From Eukaryota sp. GEM-RC1 (lineage: Eukaryota), in assembly GCA_040285855.1 (NCBI GenBank), contig JAUFOQ010000002.1, forward strand, positions 62,001-126,000: DNA of 64,000 nucleotides, read 5' to 3'. Below are positions 63,289 to 64,000 of this stretch, piece by piece. Below the pieces are notes generated by a model. It was not told the DNA's origin and did not search any database. It saw nothing but the letters and a program-made list of their open reading frames with translations. Position 1 is the stretch's first letter. Every line of letters starts with the position of its first letter. The position numbers were made by a program, and so were the translations under genes.

Positions 63289-64000
63289 ATTTAGGTTACA
63301 ACTCTATTTTTATTTGTAGATGTTAAATGATAATTACCTGGCATTTCTGCAAACTACTCTAACACCATATCAGCCATCGGAAATAAATGGTGTGGTCAAT
63401 TTGTTTAAATTCCTTTTGTCTAGTAGAATGTCAGAATGTACTCTGCTGTGATAAATACAATTTGTTTCTATTCGAACAACTAACGCGCATGGATGAACAG
63501 TACTCCTCTAATAATCAAGATCCTATTTGTAAATTGTAAACTGCAGGAATTAGGGTTATATCATCAGGAAATCGATTAACAAACTCAAAAAGACAATTTA
63601 TTCCACCCACTAGAAATCAGACCTACAAAGAATGGCCGATTTGCTACGAACAAATACCAATGAAATGAGTTCAGATAGACAGGTGTTTTCCCAACAATGA
63701 ATCTGCCTCTACCAATGATTCGGATATATTAAACCTCGATTCATTTAAAGATCTACAAAAATCAGAGAAAATGATGGATCGACTTTAAACAGATTTTCGA
63801 CTTAAAACCTAGTAATGTTTTTCAATATAATACAAAATGTTGTTAATTTTCATTTGTCTCAGTTTAACACCGACTCAAATGTTTCAATAATAGCAGCAAC
63901 TTCCACTACTATTTTTTGAATAAATCTAGGAGACCTATAACGGAGATATCATCCATAAAACCACCCTCAATGCTGTAGGTTGTTACCACTAAGCTAATAG

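Noticed and set aside
62595..63303. tacaact on both sides of the 62.6-kb retro copy as a TSD
   Set aside because: Only 7 bp in AT-rich DNA and offset from the apparent 3' end by several bases; not convincing.
1..64000. Alternative genetic code explaining the broken ORFs
   Set aside because: Breaks are frame changes or introns, not in-frame stops at conserved residues; TAA, TAG and TGA all terminate conserved genes.

Overview
Eukaryotic (protist-type) nuclear DNA, AT-rich, standard genetic code, gene-dense, with rare 28-35 nt GT-AG introns. Many genes are split in the ORF track by single-base indels, mostly in homopolymers (probable long-read errors); once joined, two giant genes occupy about half the window: (i) a minus-strand armadillo-head protein followed by ~28 tandem 594-bp (198-aa) coiled-coil repeats that runs off the window start, and (ii) a ~4,500-aa plus-strand, signal-peptide-bearing Gly-rich beta-solenoid-like protein. 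Between them lies a decayed RT/restriction-like-endonuclease non-LTR retrotransposon interrupted by an internally deleted Ac-like hAT transposon (TIRs, 8-bp TSD; the empty site is visible in a second copy). The right half holds housekeeping genes (PTEN-like, NXF1/Mex67-like, RPL35A, exosome RNase PH subunit, SDF2-like, RNA Pol I RPA1, FCP1-like, PSMA7, a 7TM protein), a bacterial-type ROK fructokinase and more retroelement relics. Notable architecture: head-to-head pairs with only ~40-70 nt between start codons, and tiny introns with a branch-point-like A fixed 7 nt from the 3' end. All family assignments come from recognising motifs by eye; no database search was run.
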